Positions 62,833 through 64,000 of a stretch of DNA of 64,000 bases are shown here, piece after piece. This DNA is from Octopus sinensis. Taxonomy: Eukaryota. Both the position numbers and the translations under genes were made by a program. The first letter of the stretch is position 1, and each line of letters opens with the position of its first letter. The stretch lies in assembly GCF_006345805.1 (NCBI RefSeq), contig NW_021832713.1, positions 42,240 through 106,239 on the forward strand, given 5' to 3'. The notes beneath the pieces are model-generated. The model was given only the letters and a program-made list of their open reading frames with translations. It did not search any database and was not told the DNA's origin.

Positions 62833-62893
62833 CATACATATATATATATATATACATACATACATATATATATACATACATACATACATATAT

Positions 62894-62944
<51 letters not shown>

Positions 62945-63285
62945 CACGCATATAACCATACCCATTGTTTCTGTGCGTTGAATCGATATCATTCAAGAAA
63001 GTTTACCAGCTACCAACCATTTTCTTTTTCTGTGGCAGTTCCATCTTTATGACCGCAATCAGCTTGTTATTGTTGTTCTTATTGTTGTTGATGTTCGGCT
63101 TTCTCTTCCTTCATTCCTCTGCTTGAATTTCATATCACCAACACTCTTTTCTATGGGCAATTGCATGCGTTCATATACACACCACACATTATGCAGCATG
63201 TATTTGCGAGTTATTGTTCTTAGATATTTTATATACTGCGTATTCAGTTCAATATATACGTGTGTTGCCTGTGCGTGTGTGTGTT

Positions 63286-63334
<49 letters not shown>

Positions 63335-63455
63335 ATATACGTGTGTGCCTGTGCGTGTGTAGGGTTTTGCAAAATATAATATATATATATTATAGAATAT
63401 ATATATATATATATTATATTTATATATATATTGTATATATATAATATATATGAAC

Positions 63456-63487
<32 letters not shown>

Positions 63488-63568
63488 CATATTATATATA
63501 TATGAAATATATATATATATATATATATATCATATATATATATATATATATATTCATCTATCTATTCA

Positions 63569-63603
<35 letters not shown>

Positions 63604-63660
63604 ATTATCATATATATATGAATATATAAATTATAATATATATATATATACATATGAATG
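62670..63660. repeat. (TA)/(TACA) microsatellite field
   Basis: Directly visible. Confidence 0.9.
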
Positions 63661-64000
63661 GATACATATACACTCACACACAAGTTTGAATGCATATAAG
63701 TACAAAACAAGGTGGAGAAAATAGCACTCGATTACCAAAGGTAGAGAAGAATTGTTTTATTGAAGTCGATATGCGCGCGCGCGTGTGTATATATATGTAT
63801 GTGTATTTATATCTATTATATATGCATACAATATATATGACATACACACATTCTTGTGTTCGTGTGTGTGTTTTTTTATCGAATAAATATATGTTGCCTT
63901 TATTTAATATTTAACAAATTTTCTTCTCAACCTCAACCTATAGGACATGAGCTCTCTCAGTATTATGAAAGCATATGATGCTAGTATGCTATTCAATCTC

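Overview
This window is eukaryotic, AT-rich and extremely microsatellite-rich. Its tRNA-derived SINE repertoire points to an octopus (coleoid cephalopod) genome, which is an inference from repeat content. Most of it is intron-like or intergenic. It carries about 45 copies or fragments of tRNA-headed SINEs (labelled here A, B/M and C) and four copies of a 395-bp non-autonomous Helitron. Degenerate LINE pieces include R4/Dong-type RT and RLE, CR1, and RTE. Penelope-like (PLE) remnants, small DNA-transposon relics, a 26-bp minisatellite, a ~1.9-kb polypyrimidine tract and a ~1.3-kb tandem duplication are also present. No host gene could be named. A few short exon candidates with good splice signals exist, the best being 6031-6134 (+). 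Nearly all long ORFs in the track are simple-repeat artefacts. The most interesting signals are four. (1) A composite element links a tRNA-like Pol III module through (AAT)n to a hammerhead-ribozyme-like PLE tail, with an inverted second hammerhead and a 14-bp TSD (49034-49776). (2) Several other hammerhead-like cores and long palindromes occur in PLE-type ends sitting in (TA)n. (3) SINEs exchange heads and tails combinatorially. (4) A minisatellite unit appears to combine target-site DNA with an inverted RTE 5' end.
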